Part shown: one piece after another, positions 10,327 to 20,096 of the stretch
How the letters are laid out: each line of letters starts with the position of its first letter
Numbering within the stretch: position 1 is the stretch's first letter
Assembly (NCBI RefSeq): GCF_000012465.1
Contig: NC_007335.2
Coordinates: 600,001 to 632,000, forward strand
Direction of reading: 5' to 3'
Length of the DNA: 32,000 nt
Source: Prochlorococcus marinus str. NATL2A
GTDB lineage: Bacteria > Cyanobacteriota > Cyanobacteriia > PCC-6307 > Cyanobiaceae
Notes under the pieces: model-generated
Told to the model about the DNA's origin: nothing
Database searches by the model: none
Seen by the model: only the letters and a program-made list of their open reading frames with translations
Made by a program: the position numbers and the translations under genes

Positions 10327-11298
10327 ATGACCACAGCCACGGAAATCCTTCAACCAGTAGAACTTGATCTAGAAGCGTTGCTTTTGGATCTTCGCAGCCT
10401 CATAGGTGCTGGGCACCCTATTTTGCAGGCTGCTGCAGAACATCTTTTTAGTGCAGGCGGTAAACGTTTAAGACCTGGAATTGTTTTATTAATTTCAAGA
10501 GCTTTGACTTCTGAAAAGGAACTTCCTCTGAAGCATCGGAAATTGGCCCAGATTACTGAGATGATTCATACCGCTTCTCTTGTTCATGATGATGTCGTTG
10601 ATGAAGCTGATACCCGAAGAGGTGTTGAAACTGTCCATAGTAGATTTGATCCAAGGATAGCTGTTCTTGCTGGAGATTTTCTCTTTGCTCAAGCAAGTTG
10701 GCATTTAGCAAATCTTGAGAATTTAGAGGTTGTTAAATTGTTAAGTAGGGTGATTATGGATCTAGCTGAAGGTGAAATAAAACAGGGTCTTAATAGATTC
10801 GATTCAAGTCAATCTTTTGAGAGTTATTTAGAAAAAAGTTATTGTAAAACTGCCTCTCTAATTGCTAATAGTTCCAAGGCTATCGGTGTTTTATCTAATG
10901 TCGATCAAGAGAGCTTAAATTCACTCTATTTTTTTGGAAGACAATTAGGATTAGCTTTTCAAGTGGTTGATGATATTCTCGACTTTACGGGAAATGATGA
11001 ACAACTAGGTAAACCAGCGGCTAGTGATCTTCAGAGTGGTTATCTTACTGCCCCGGTCTTTTATGCTTTGGAAGAAAACCCAAGTCTTAGTGAACTTATT
11101 AATGGTAAATTCTCCCAAAAAGATGATCTTGATCAAGCTCTATCTCTCGTAAGAGATTCAAGTGCGATTAAAAAATCAAGAGAATTAGCCGAACAATTTG
11201 CATCTGAATCAAAAGATTCTATTTCTTGGTTGCCAGATTCACCATCTAAAAAAGCTTTACTAGAATTACCTGAATTTGTTATTAGCAGACTTTATTAA
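10327..11298 (+). CDS. sds: All-trans polyprenyl (solanesyl) diphosphate synthase
   Basis: 323 aa. Two Asp-rich motifs: LVHDDVVDEADTRRG and VVDDILDF. The cyanobacterial context suggests plastoquinone side-chain synthesis. Confidence 0.85.
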   Translation: MTTATEILQPVELDLEALLLDLRSLIGAGHPILQAAAEHLFSAGGKRLRPGIVLLISRALTSEKELPLKHRKLAQITEMIHTASLVHDDVVDEADTRRGVETVHSRFDPRIAVLAGDFLFAQASWHLANLENLEVVKLLSRVIMDLAEGEIKQGLNRFDSSQSFESYLEKSYCKTASLIANSSKAIGVLSNVDQESLNSLYFFGRQLGLAFQVVDDILDFTGNDEQLGKPAASDLQSGYLTAPVFYALEENPSLSELINGKFSQKDDLDQALSLVRDSSAIKKSRELAEQFASESKDSISWLPDSPSKKALLELPEFVISRLY

Positions 11299-11299
11299 C

Positions 11300-11980
11300 T
11301 TAATATTCATTCAATATTTGATCAATTTCTTTTAGATGACTGATTTGTCTTAAATTAAGGTGTTGATCCAAATCTTCTTTTTTCGGAAGTTCTTCACTTT
11401 GTGCTTTTAAAAATAAAACATAACATCCAGCCTCTAAGGCTGAAGATACTCCAGCAATTGAATCTTCAACAGCCCAGCATTCTTGAGGAGCAATATTTAA
11501 TTTTTTAGCTGCTAGTAGATATGGATCTGGAGCTGGTTTCCCCTTCGCTAGCAATTTTTCATCGCCAAGAACTATTACAGAAAATAGATTCATCCATTTG
11601 TGTTGAGTCGTTTTTATTTGGAAAGATTCAGCGCTGCTACTAGTTACTAAAGCCATTGGGATATTGTTCTTATGACATCTTTCTACCAAGCTCTCTCCAC
11701 CTTGCATTGCTTGGGCCCTAAGGATGAGTTGTCTTGAGATGGGTCTATGACGGTCTAGTAAGTCTTTCACCTCAACTGTCTTTGGAATCAATTTAACTAG
11801 TTCATTGGCACAATCAATTCTTCTTTTTCCTCTCAAGAGTTTTAGTTGCTCAAGGGTTAAATTTAGATCAAAAAGTGCGGCGGTTTCTTTCCATGCTTGT
11901 CCATGTAAGGGTTCTGAATCAATTAGAACTCCATCAAGATCAAATAAAAATGCTTTAGGAAAATTCCAATTTTTCTTCAT
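11300..11980 (-). CDS. HAD-superfamily phosphatase (beta-phosphoglucomutase/CbbY-like subfamily)
   Basis: 226 aa. FLFDLDGVLIDSEP (DxDG nucleophile motif), VTSS, and GKPAPDPYL...EDSIAG motifs. Confidence 0.8.
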   Translation of the reverse strand: MKKNWNFPKAFLFDLDGVLIDSEPLHGQAWKETAALFDLNLTLEQLKLLRGKRRIDCANELVKLIPKTVEVKDLLDRHRPISRQLILRAQAMQGGESLVERCHKNNIPMALVTSSSAESFQIKTTQHKWMNLFSVIVLGDEKLLAKGKPAPDPYLLAAKKLNIAPQECWAVEDSIAGVSSALEAGCYVLFLKAQSEELPKKEDLDQHLNLRQISHLKEIDQILNEY

Positions 11981-12072
11981 TATGAATTTGTTTTAAATAA
12001 GAGTTTCACTATTCAAGCCTTTTGGTCAGAAATAGCTTGAATGAAATAAATGAAAAGTTGTTTTTATCTTTC

Positions 12073-14049
12073 ATGAATTCAAACAATTCTAACTCTATTG
12101 AGTCTGTTCTACAGGAGCAGAGAGTTTTCCCCCCTTCTGATAACTTTTCCAGTAAAAGTAGGATCTCATCTTTTTCAAAGTATTTGGAAATGTCTGAGAT
12201 GGCCAAATCAGATCCAAATAAGTTTTGGGGTGACGCTGCTAGAGAAGAATTGCACTGGTTTAAATCTTTTAATAAAGTACTCGATTGGTCCAATCCACCA
12301 TTCGCTAAATGGTTTGATGGAGGAAAAACTAATATTTCCTTTAACTGCTTAGATCGTCACTTAAATAGTTCAACGGCTGACAAAGTCGCCTTGATTTGGG
12401 AAGGTGAGCCAGGTGATAAGAAAAAATATACCTACAAACAACTACACAAAGAAGTATGCAAAGCCGCCAATGCACTCAAGTCTATAGGTATAGGTAAAGG
12501 AGATCTTGTCGCTTTGTATATGCCTATGGTTCCCGAAGCTGCAATTGCAATGCTTGCATGTGCAAGGATTGGAGCTCCGCATTCAGTAGTATTTGGAGGC
12601 TTTTCCTCTGAGGCACTAAGGGACCGATTAATTAATGGAGAAGCGAAAGCAATAATTACAGCTGATGGTGGTTTTAGAAAAGATAAAGTAATTCCTCTCA
12701 AAGATGCTGTTGATCAAGCATTGGGAGGTGGTGCTTGTCCAAAGGTCGAATCAGTTTTAGTTGTTCAAAGGACAAAAAAAAATATCGCCATGGATGATGG
12801 TAGAGATTATTGGTGGCATGAAATTGTAGACAGTCAAGCAGATGATTGTTTGCCGGAACAAATGGATAGTGAGGATTGTTTATTTGTTTTGTATACCTCA
12901 GGCTCTACAGGCAAACCAAAGGGAGTAGTTCATTCAACAGCTGGGTATAACCTTTGGTCTCATTTAACTTTTAAATGGATTTTTGATATTCGTGAAAATG
13001 ATGTTTATTGGTGCACGGCTGATGTGGGTTGGATAACCGGACATAGTTATATCGTCTATGGTCCACTATCTAATGGTGCAACCACTGTTATGTATGAAGG
13101 AGTTCCTAGACCATCAAATCCAGGAGCTTTTTGGGATGTCATTCAGAAGCATAAAATTTCGATTTTTTACACTGCTCCAACTGCTATAAGGGCTTTTATG
13201 AAAGCGGGTAACAAGATTCCTAACCAATATGATTTATCTAGTTTGAGGCTTTTAGGAACTGTTGGAGAGCCTATTAATCCAGAGGCTTGGATATGGTATC
13301 GGGATGTTATTGGAGGAGGTCGATGCCCGATAGTTGATACATGGTGGCAAACAGAAACTGGAGGAGTGATGATTAGTCCTCTCCCTGGGGCGACGCCAAC
13401 GAAACCTGGATCAGCAACTTTCCCTTTACCCGGAATTGAAGCCGATGTAGTCAATTCAGATGGGGATTCTGTCGCTAATAATGAGGGTGGATATTTGGTA
13501 GTGAAAAGACCTTGGCCTGGAATGATGAGGAATGTTTATGGAGACGAAAAAAGATTTAGAGAGAGTTACTGGGAGTATTTAAAACCTTCAGACAATAGCT
13601 ATATGTATTTTGCTGGAGATGGGGCTCGAAGAGATGAAGATGGTTATTTTTGGGTTATGGGGAGAGTTGATGATGTTATAAACGTCTCTGGTCATAGGCT
13701 TGGAACAATGGAAATAGAATCAGCTTTAGTTAGTCATGAGCTCATTTCAGAGGCCGCAGTTGTGGGTAGACCTGATGATTTAAAAGGAGAATCAATCGTA
13801 GCCTTTGTAACCTTGAGAACTGGCGCAGAAGCAAATGAAAATATTGAGGCACAATTAAAAAAACACGTCGTGAATGAAATAGGCCCTATTGCTAAACCTG
13901 ATGAATTTAAGTTTACTGATTCTCTTCCTAAAACAAGAAGTGGAAAAATAATGCGCAGAATTTTGAGAGCACTGGCTTCAGGAGATGAAATAAGCGGAGA
14001 TACAAGTACCCTTGAGGATAGATCAGTTTTAGATAAATTAAGAAGTTAA
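12073..14049 (+). CDS. acs: Acetyl-CoA synthetase (AMP-forming)
   Basis: [19 protein letters not shown] and [11 protein letters not shown] motifs, plus the N-terminal [10 protein letters not shown]...NCLDRHL region. I prefer ATG at 12073 (MNSNNSN...) over the track start at 12022, which is not ATG and adds unconserved residues. Confidence 0.9.
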   Translation: MNSNNSNSIESVLQEQRVFPPSDNFSSKSRISSFSKYLEMSEMAKSDPNKFWGDAAREELHWFKSFNKVLDWSNPPFAKWFDGGKTNISFNCLDRHLNSSTADKVALIWEGEPGDKKKYTYKQLHKEVCKAANALKSIGIGKGDLVALYMPMVPEAAIAMLACARIGAPHSVVFGGFSSEALRDRLINGEAKAIITADGGFRKDKVIPLKDAVDQALGGGACPKVESVLVVQRTKKNIAMDDGRDYWWHEIVDSQADDCLPEQMDSEDCLFVLYTSGSTGKPKGVVHSTAGYNLWSHLTFKWIFDIRENDVYWCTADVGWITGHSYIVYGPLSNGATTVMYEGVPRPSNPGAFWDVIQKHKISIFYTAPTAIRAFMKAGNKIPNQYDLSSLRLLGTVGEPINPEAWIWYRDVIGGGRCPIVDTWWQTETGGVMISPLPGATPTKPGSATFPLPGIEADVVNSDGDSVANNEGGYLVVKRPWPGMMRNVYGDEKRFRESYWEYLKPSDNSYMYFAGDGARRDEDGYFWVMGRVDDVINVSGHRLGTMEIESALVSHELISEAAVVGRPDDLKGESIVAFVTLRTGAEANENIEAQLKKHVVNEIGPIAKPDEFKFTDSLPKTRSGKIMRRILRALASGDEISGDTSTLEDRSVLDKLRS

Positions 14050-14772
14050 GATTTCCCAATGAATTATTTGATCGACTATTAAATTAATATTTTCGTATTT
14101 TAAAGAATTTTGAAGATTAGCTTTTAGTAATTTTTCTCTTAGTCCCACGCTTACTGGGGTTAGATGATTTCCGTCTAGATTCATGATTTTAGATTTATCA
14201 GCGGATCTTTCCTTTAATGATTTAAGTAAAAAATCATTTTGATCTAAGTTATCGTTTTTAAATTTAATTAATAGATTGTTTATTTGCTCATAGTGTTCTC
14301 TAACAAGATTTAATGTTTCGCTAGGACTTGGACTGAATTCAGTTTGAAAATTAAGCTTTTTAGACATCTTTCTAAGTAAAGGTATAGATTTATCTGCCCT
14401 GAAATTATTAAAGCTTATAGCTACTAAACCATCGCAATTTCTTCCTCCATCCGGCGCTAGTAAATGTAATTTGCATCCAAGACTATGTCCTAGTCTAATT
14501 GATTTTGGTATTAAACCAATTCTTTTTTCAAGAATTTTTCGAGATTGACGGAATTGTTTCCACGCTTGATTTGCTTGTAGTTGATGATCAAAGTTAGGGA
14601 TATAGCCCCATGAATGAACAGCAAAATTTTTTTTTAAAAGACAAGAAATAAGTCTTTTGTATGTAACTTCGGGCTTGATTGATATATAGCTACCTCCAAT
14701 TAGTTCTATAAGACCAACTGGTCTTGATGGCCATTGGCAAGAAACATCGCTTATACGCTTAAAAGTGCTCAT
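14038..14772 (-). CDS. DUF1350-family protein (alpha/beta-hydrolase-like; cyanobacteria/plant family)
   Basis: 244 aa. The pattern [12 protein letters not shown]...FDHQLQANQ plus a GHSLGCKLH nucleophile-elbow-like motif matches my recollection of DUF1350. The 3' end overlaps acs by 12 nt. Confidence 0.6.
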   Translation of the reverse strand: MSTFKRISDVSCQWPSRPVGLIELIGGSYISIKPEVTYKRLISCLLKKNFAVHSWGYIPNFDHQLQANQAWKQFRQSRKILEKRIGLIPKSIRLGHSLGCKLHLLAPDGGRNCDGLVAISFNNFRADKSIPLLRKMSKKLNFQTEFSPSPSETLNLVREHYEQINNLLIKFKNDNLDQNDFLLKSLKERSADKSKIMNLDGNHLTPVSVGLREKLLKANLQNSLKYENINLIVDQIIHWEILTS

Positions 14773-14879
14773 CGATGAATAATCACTCTTTAAGAGAACT
14801 AGAAAACGATTATAAATTAAAAATAAGTATCTTTTATTTTTAATGTTCTACTAAGTTTTTATTCAACTATGTTTTTTTG

Positions 14880-15758
14880 ATGATAATAGAAGTACGACTA
14901 ATTAATTTTGAAGTGAAAGAAGAGCAGAATCATCAAAAAGAGAGTGAGCAGCTTAACTTTTTAGATGAAACAACTAAAGAAATTGCTAATGAAAAGGAAA
15001 AAGATTTAGTAGTACAAAGTCCTCTCCAATCAAAGGATGAACGGTTCGGAATCTTAAGGAATGAACATTTCCCTGAGAATATCTTGATTTTGGATACTGA
15101 AACCACTGGCCTTGACAATGAAAATGATGATTGTCTTGAAGTAGGTTCGATCCTTTTTAATGTAAAAAGTAGATCGGTGCTAGCGCAGCAATCTTTTCTT
15201 TTACCAGTTGAAATTAATAACGCAGAAAAAATAAACAATATTCCTGCTGAAATAACTAGATTGCCTCAACCTCTCTCTGAAGCAATTAAATATTTTGAAT
15301 CTTTAGTTCGAGTATCAAATGTGATTGTTGCTCACAATTCAGAATTTGATAAGAAATGGTTTGGTCTCAAGAAATTGCCTCAGATTGAAAAACCATGGAT
15401 ATGTTCTATGGACGATATAACTTGGCCAGCTGATAGACAATTGAAGACACGTCCTTCTGTAAGAGATCTTGCATTGGCTTATGGTGTGCCGGTCTGGAAT
15501 GCACATAGAGCTTTGACCGATTGCATATATCTGGCAGAGGTTTTTATAAGATGTAGCGAACTTGAAAAACTACTGATTAGAGCTTTAGAGCCAAAAGTTT
15601 TGCTTCGAGCTGAGATCTCCTATGAGGACAGGTATTTAGCGAAAAATGCTGGCTTTAGGTGGAATGATGCAATTAAGGGCGCTTGGTCTAGGAAAATGAG
15701 TCGTAGAGACAAGGAGAAATTAGATTTTCCTGTTCATGAGGTTGACTTTCATTCTTGA
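14880..15758 (+). CDS. DnaQ/DEDDh-type 3'-5' exonuclease with an acidic N-terminal extension and a DUF5710-like C-terminal domain
   Basis: Exo motifs LDTETTGLD, VAHNSEFDKKW and HRALTDCIYLAEVF. The C-terminal ISYEDRYLAKNAGFRWNDAIKGAW resembles the DUF5710 pattern. TTG at 14877 is followed directly by ATG at 14880. Confidence 0.8.
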   Translation: MIIEVRLINFEVKEEQNHQKESEQLNFLDETTKEIANEKEKDLVVQSPLQSKDERFGILRNEHFPENILILDTETTGLDNENDDCLEVGSILFNVKSRSVLAQQSFLLPVEINNAEKINNIPAEITRLPQPLSEAIKYFESLVRVSNVIVAHNSEFDKKWFGLKKLPQIEKPWICSMDDITWPADRQLKTRPSVRDLALAYGVPVWNAHRALTDCIYLAEVFIRCSELEKLLIRALEPKVLLRAEISYEDRYLAKNAGFRWNDAIKGAWSRKMSRRDKEKLDFPVHEVDFHS

Positions 15759-15852
15759 AGTAGATTCTTCATAAAGTACTCATTTCAAATCTTTGCTATT
15801 TGTTTAATGTATTGATTAGTGAGTTTTTTAGAGTTTTCTCCATGATTGATTT

Positions 15853-16140
15853 ATGAGAAAATATACCACTAAGAAAAATATAGTTGGTCAGCGTCCCCTT
15901 GTTAAAAGCAAGGCTGGCAATAACGAATTAAAAAAGCGTCTCAGGCAATGGCAGCATTCAAGAAGCTGGGCTCGTTTAATTTGTGAAGCTGAAAAAATGT
16001 GGAGTCTTGACTCAAGAGATCTAAAGAGACTTGGAGCTATGGAATTAATTCAACTCCAAAATGAAATGCCTTTTAATGTGAGAAGAAGAGTTAATTATTG
16101 GTTGGTTAAATATTCAGGCGCTACTCGACTAGAGAATTAG
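15853..16140 (+). CDS. Small basic hypothetical protein
   Basis: 95-aa ORF with an ATG start, in an otherwise ORF-free gap. Arg/Lys-rich. No recognisable domain. Confidence 0.5.
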   Translation: MRKYTTKKNIVGQRPLVKSKAGNNELKKRLRQWQHSRSWARLICEAEKMWSLDSRDLKRLGAMELIQLQNEMPFNVRRRVNYWLVKYSGATRLEN

Positions 16141-16267
16141 GCTTAGTGCCCTTCCTGCTTTAAGTCTCACCAATTTGGTTTAGCAAAACTCAGGGATAAA
16201 TATTATTTTACAGTTTACTTAAACAATTACTATTAAACGAATAACAAATGATTTTGCTGAAGCTACT

Positions 16268-17548
16268 TTGACCAATCTCAAGAATTTAAGAGGAATGGTA
16301 GATCTTTTACCTGCTCAGAGTCAGGGCTGGCAGAAGGTCGAATCAATTGCACTTGAACATTTTAGTCGAGCTGGGCTTCAAGAAATTAGAACACCAATTA
16401 TTGAACAAACAGAATTGTTTTCAAGGGGGATTGGCGAAAATACTGATGTTGTAGGCAAAGAAATGTATAGTTTCGACGATAGGGGTGGTCGCTCTTGCAC
16501 ATTGAGACCTGAGGGTACAGCATCTGTTGCGAGGTCAATTGTTCAGCATGGATTATTAAATAAAGGCCCTCAAAGACTTTGGTATAGAGGGCCAATGTTT
16601 AGATACGAGCGCCCTCAAGCAGGAAGACAAAGGCAGTTCCATCAAATAGGAGTTGAATTTGTTGGATTAGCTTCTGTTATTAGTGACGCTGAAGTTATTT
16701 CAATAGCTTGGAACTTTTTAAAGGATGTTGGTCTAAATGAGTTGACTTTAGAAATTAATAGTCTTGGAAGTAATGAAGATCGCAATATTTTCAAAGAAGA
16801 GTTAAAAGATTGGCTTAATCAGAGATTTGACTTGTTAGATGAAGATTCTCAGAAAAGAATTAATGTTAATCCCTTGAGAATATTAGATAGTAAAAATAAT
16901 TCTACAAAAGAACTTTTATCTGAAGCTCCTTCTTTAATCGACTTTTTATCTAATGAGAGTAAAACTAGATTTGATTATTTACAGGAGTTACTCGTTAATC
17001 TAAAGATTCCATATGAAATTAATTATAATTTGGTAAGAGGACTTGATTATTATTCTCATACAGCTTTCGAAATAACAAGTGATCATTTAGGTTCTCAAGC
17101 TACCGTATGTGGAGGAGGACGTTACGATGGTTTGATAAGTGAACTTGGGGGGCCTCAAGCTCCTTCTATCGGTTGGGCTATTGGAATGGAAAGGCTTATT
17201 ATTCTAGCTGGAGATAAAATTTTACAGTCAAAATCTCCAGATGTTTATGTGATTCATAAAGGTAAAAAAGCTGAGCAACTTGCCTTGGAAATTACTTGTC
17301 AGTTAAGGTCATCTAACTTAATTATTGAATTGGACTACTCAGGTTCATCTTTTTCAAAACAATTTAAGCGAGCAGATAAAAGTAGGGCTAAATGGGCCTT
17401 AGTTATAGGTGAGGATGAGGTATCTAAAGGTCAGTTATTAATGAAGAAATTAAGGGATAAACAAAAGGATGAGGAGAGTAGGGAATATATTTTCTCGAAG
17501 TCGGATCTAGATCAGTTAATTAAAAAGTTGATTGCTGAAAAAAAATGA
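16268..17548 (+). CDS. hisS: Histidine--tRNA ligase (HisS)
   Basis: 426 aa. RGMVDLLP, class II motifs [37 protein letters not shown] and [11 protein letters not shown] start at 16268. Confidence 0.92.
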
Positions 17549-17561
17549 TGAATTATTTTAA

Positions 17562-18965
17562 ATGAGCTCCATTAAAATCCAGAAAATATGTTGTATTGGC
17601 GCTGGTTATGTAGGTGGTCCAACCATGTCTGTTATTGCAGATAAATGTCCTGATTTAGAAATTAGGGTTGTTGATATCAATAAAGAACGAATTGATGCAT
17701 GGAATGATTCAGATCTCAATAAATTGCCAATATTTGAACCTGGACTAGATCGGATAATTTCAAGAACAAGAGGGCGGAACCTTTTCTTCAGCACAGAAAT
17801 GGAAAAGTCGATATCTGATGCTGATATGATTTTTATATCAGTCAATACTCCCACCAAAACAAAAGGTCTTGGAGCAGGACAAGCAAGTGATCTTAGTTGG
17901 GTTGAAGCTAGTGCAAGGCAAGTAGCTAAATACGCAAAAGGACACACGATAGTAATTGAAAAAAGTACTCTTCCAGTTCGTACTGCACAGGCAATAAAAG
18001 AGATACTTAAGACAACAGATAAAGAGATGCAAAAAAATGAAATTTCAAAAACTTTTTCTGTTTTATCGAATCCTGAATTTTTGGCTGAAGGCACCGCAAT
18101 TAATGACTTAGAAAAACCTGATAGGGTTTTAATTGGTGGAGAGGATTCTGACTCTATAGATGCATTGGTTAAGATTTATTTGAACTGGGTTCCTTATGAG
18201 CAAATAATTTGTACTAATCTTTGGAGTAGCGAACTTTCAAAATTAGCTGCTAATGCATTCCTAGCTCAGAGAATTAGTTCCATCAATTCTATTTCAGCCT
18301 TTTGTGAGGCTACTGGAGCTGATGTTCAGGAAGTTGCTAAAGCAATAGGAACAGATAAAAGAATAGGTAATCAATTTCTTAGTGCAGGACCTGGGTTTGG
18401 TGGGAGCTGCTTTAAAAAGGATATTTTGAATTTAGTTTATTTGAGTGGATATTTTGGATTACCAGAGGTTGCTAATTACTGGAATCAAGTTGTCGTGCTC
18501 AATACTTGGCAACAAGATAGAATTTATAAAATTGTCCTAGAGAAGCTTTTTGGTACAGTTAATGGAAAAAATATAGCAATACTCGGTTTTTCTTTTAAGG
18601 CAAACACCAACGATACCCGAGAATCACCTGCGATAAGAATTTCCAGTGACTTACTCGAAGAAGGAGCAATTTTATCAATTTATGACCCTAAGGTTACATT
18701 TGAGAGAATAGAAGAAGATTTTGAAAAATTTTCATTTAATAATCAAGGAATTTGGAAAATGGCCAGTTCTATTCCAGAAGCATTGAAAAATGTTGATGCA
18801 GTTATAATTCTCACTGCATGGGATGAATTCTTTGGACTTGATTGGAATTATTTAGCTTCTTTAATGAGATCACCAGCTTGGGTCTTTGATACAAGATCTG
18901 TTGTTAATCGACAAGAAGTTGAAGATACAGGTGTAAATCTTTGGAAGCTGGGTGAGGGGAACTAA
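17562..18965 (+). CDS. ugd: UDP-glucose 6-dehydrogenase (long, eukaryote-like UGDH type)
   Basis: 467 aa. KICCIGAGYVGGPT Rossmann start and the catalytic GFGGSCFKKD. Starts 13 nt after the hisS stop. Confidence 0.9.
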   Translation: MSSIKIQKICCIGAGYVGGPTMSVIADKCPDLEIRVVDINKERIDAWNDSDLNKLPIFEPGLDRIISRTRGRNLFFSTEMEKSISDADMIFISVNTPTKTKGLGAGQASDLSWVEASARQVAKYAKGHTIVIEKSTLPVRTAQAIKEILKTTDKEMQKNEISKTFSVLSNPEFLAEGTAINDLEKPDRVLIGGEDSDSIDALVKIYLNWVPYEQIICTNLWSSELSKLAANAFLAQRISSINSISAFCEATGADVQEVAKAIGTDKRIGNQFLSAGPGFGGSCFKKDILNLVYLSGYFGLPEVANYWNQVVVLNTWQQDRIYKIVLEKLFGTVNGKNIAILGFSFKANTNDTRESPAIRISSDLLEEGAILSIYDPKVTFERIEEDFEKFSFNNQGIWKMASSIPEALKNVDAVIILTAWDEFFGLDWNYLASLMRSPAWVFDTRSVVNRQEVEDTGVNLWKLGEGN

Positions 18966-19060
18966 AATATCTTCATAAAACAAATAATATGCCTATAATT
19001 GATGCTTAAATAAATCTAATTTATTTTAAGTCTGTTATTAATTTAATTTTAGAAAAAATA

Positions 19061-19267
19061 ATGCTCTTTAAATTTCTTTCCAAAAAGAAGAAGAAAAAAC
19101 TTCAAGAACATTCAGAACAAAAATTTGACATGAATAATTGGATGAACTTATCAAAGGAAGAGAGACTTGAAATAGATTTTAATGAAAAGAATACTATAAT
19201 GAGAAAGAAGAGGGCATTACTAAAATCAATCCGAGAAGAATATATAAAAATGAAAAATGAGAAATAA
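19061..19267 (+). CDS. Small Lys/Glu-rich hypothetical protein
   Basis: 68-aa ATG ORF, low complexity (KKKKKK) and helical-looking. No domain recognised. Confidence 0.4.
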   Translation: MLFKFLSKKKKKKLQEHSEQKFDMNNWMNLSKEERLEIDFNEKNTIMRKKRALLKSIREEYIKMKNEK

Positions 19268-19339
19268 TTAATATTTAAGTTTCAAAAAAATGCTCAAAAA
19301 GTTATTTATTAGAATAATCTCAGTGAATTTTTGAATTTT

Positions 19340-19678
19340 ATGATTTGGCCTCCAGTAAAGGCATGGACTAGCAAGGTTTATCTCAATGGTCACATTCATT
19401 TCGTAGCAATTAATTATGGTGGCGAATTGCCAAGAAGATGGGTCCTTTTGATGTCTGTACTTGACTCGACTGTGGTTGTAAAAGTTCCGTGGTCCCAATT
19501 GGTTGATTTATCTAATTGGGAGGCTGGATGGGATGAAATAAATTATAGAGAATCTTCTGAATTAGTTAATAATAAAATTGATGTAAAAACTACAAACTTT
19601 ACTCATCCATCTATTGATTCTGGTTTGACAATACCTATAAGTGGAAAGACTATTAGACCTTGGTTTGAAGAGATTTAA
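19340..19678 (+). CDS. Hypothetical protein
   Basis: The ORF-track start at 19331 is TTG; the first ATG is at 19340 (MIWPPVKAW...). About 112 aa with a non-random-looking composition. No domain recognised. Confidence 0.5.
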   Translation: MIWPPVKAWTSKVYLNGHIHFVAINYGGELPRRWVLLMSVLDSTVVVKVPWSQLVDLSNWEAGWDEINYRESSELVNNKIDVKTTNFTHPSIDSGLTIPISGKTIRPWFEEI

Positions 19679-19808
19679 GTAATATTTTATCTACGATTTT
19701 AATGCAATATAAGTATGTTTTTATTATTACTAGCTTTCCAAGCGCATATCTTTGAGCTTTCTTTGGCGGGCTTTTTACGTTAGAAAAAAGATACTTGTTT
19801 GTTCAAGA

Positions 19809-20051
19809 ATGAGAGAAGCATCAATGTGGTTATCAGAAAAAGAAGCTAGTGAGGTTTTAAGAGTAGATGAACAATCTTTAGAGGCGATGAGAGAAAGGGG
19901 TTATTTAAAGCCAGGAACCCACTGGAGAAGTTCAAATGATCCTAAACAATTGCCATGGAAGCCAAAAGTCTTTTATTTTATAAGGGGATGTAAAGAAGTT
20001 ATTGAATTTTTGCATAGCAATGATGATTCTTTTGCTCAAAGAGCGGCCTAA
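19809..20051 (+). CDS. Small helix-turn-helix protein (excisionase/MerR-like HTH)
   Basis: WLSEKEASEVLRVDEQSLEAMRERGYLKPGTHWR looks like an excisionase-family HTH. The track start at 19752 is TTG; in-frame ATGs lie at 19809 and 19824. Confidence 0.55.
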   Translation: MREASMWLSEKEASEVLRVDEQSLEAMRERGYLKPGTHWRSSNDPKQLPWKPKVFYFIRGCKEVIEFLHSNDDSFAQRAA

Positions 20052-20096
20052 AGAAAAAAATAATTTTTGTAGATTTGATATTTAAGAATTGGCCTT

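Noticed and set aside
12009-12293. A 94-aa minus-strand ORF and an 84-aa plus-strand ORF (12098-12352) overlapping the 5' part of acs.
   Set aside because: Both overlap the conserved N-terminal region of acetyl-CoA synthetase ([10 protein letters not shown]...NCLDRHL), which explains the open frames. Neither has recognisable motifs. The ORFs probably appear long only because the region lacks stops.
15144-15153. GGTTCGATCC, a tRNA T-arm-like decamer.
   Set aside because: It lies inside the exonuclease coding frame (..EVGSILF..). There is no flanking acceptor, D-arm or anticodon-arm complementarity, so it is not a tRNA. I found no convincing tRNA or rRNA anywhere in the window.
17606-18094. 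A 162-aa minus-strand ORF, plus a nested 64-aa ORF at 17838-18032, lying entirely inside ugd.
   Set aside because: It lies in the antisense frame offset by one base from the ugd codons. There, antisense stops need sense codons starting with TA (after a codon ending in T or C) or with CA (after a codon ending in T), so long shadow ORFs are expected. The peptide is Ser/Leu/Ile-rich with no motif, and ugd itself is unambiguous.
19268-19498. A 76-aa minus-strand ORF overlapping the 19340-19678 plus-strand ORF.
   Set aside because: Its composition is junk-like and it lacks motifs. The plus-strand partner is longer and more protein-like. Only one of the two is likely to be real.
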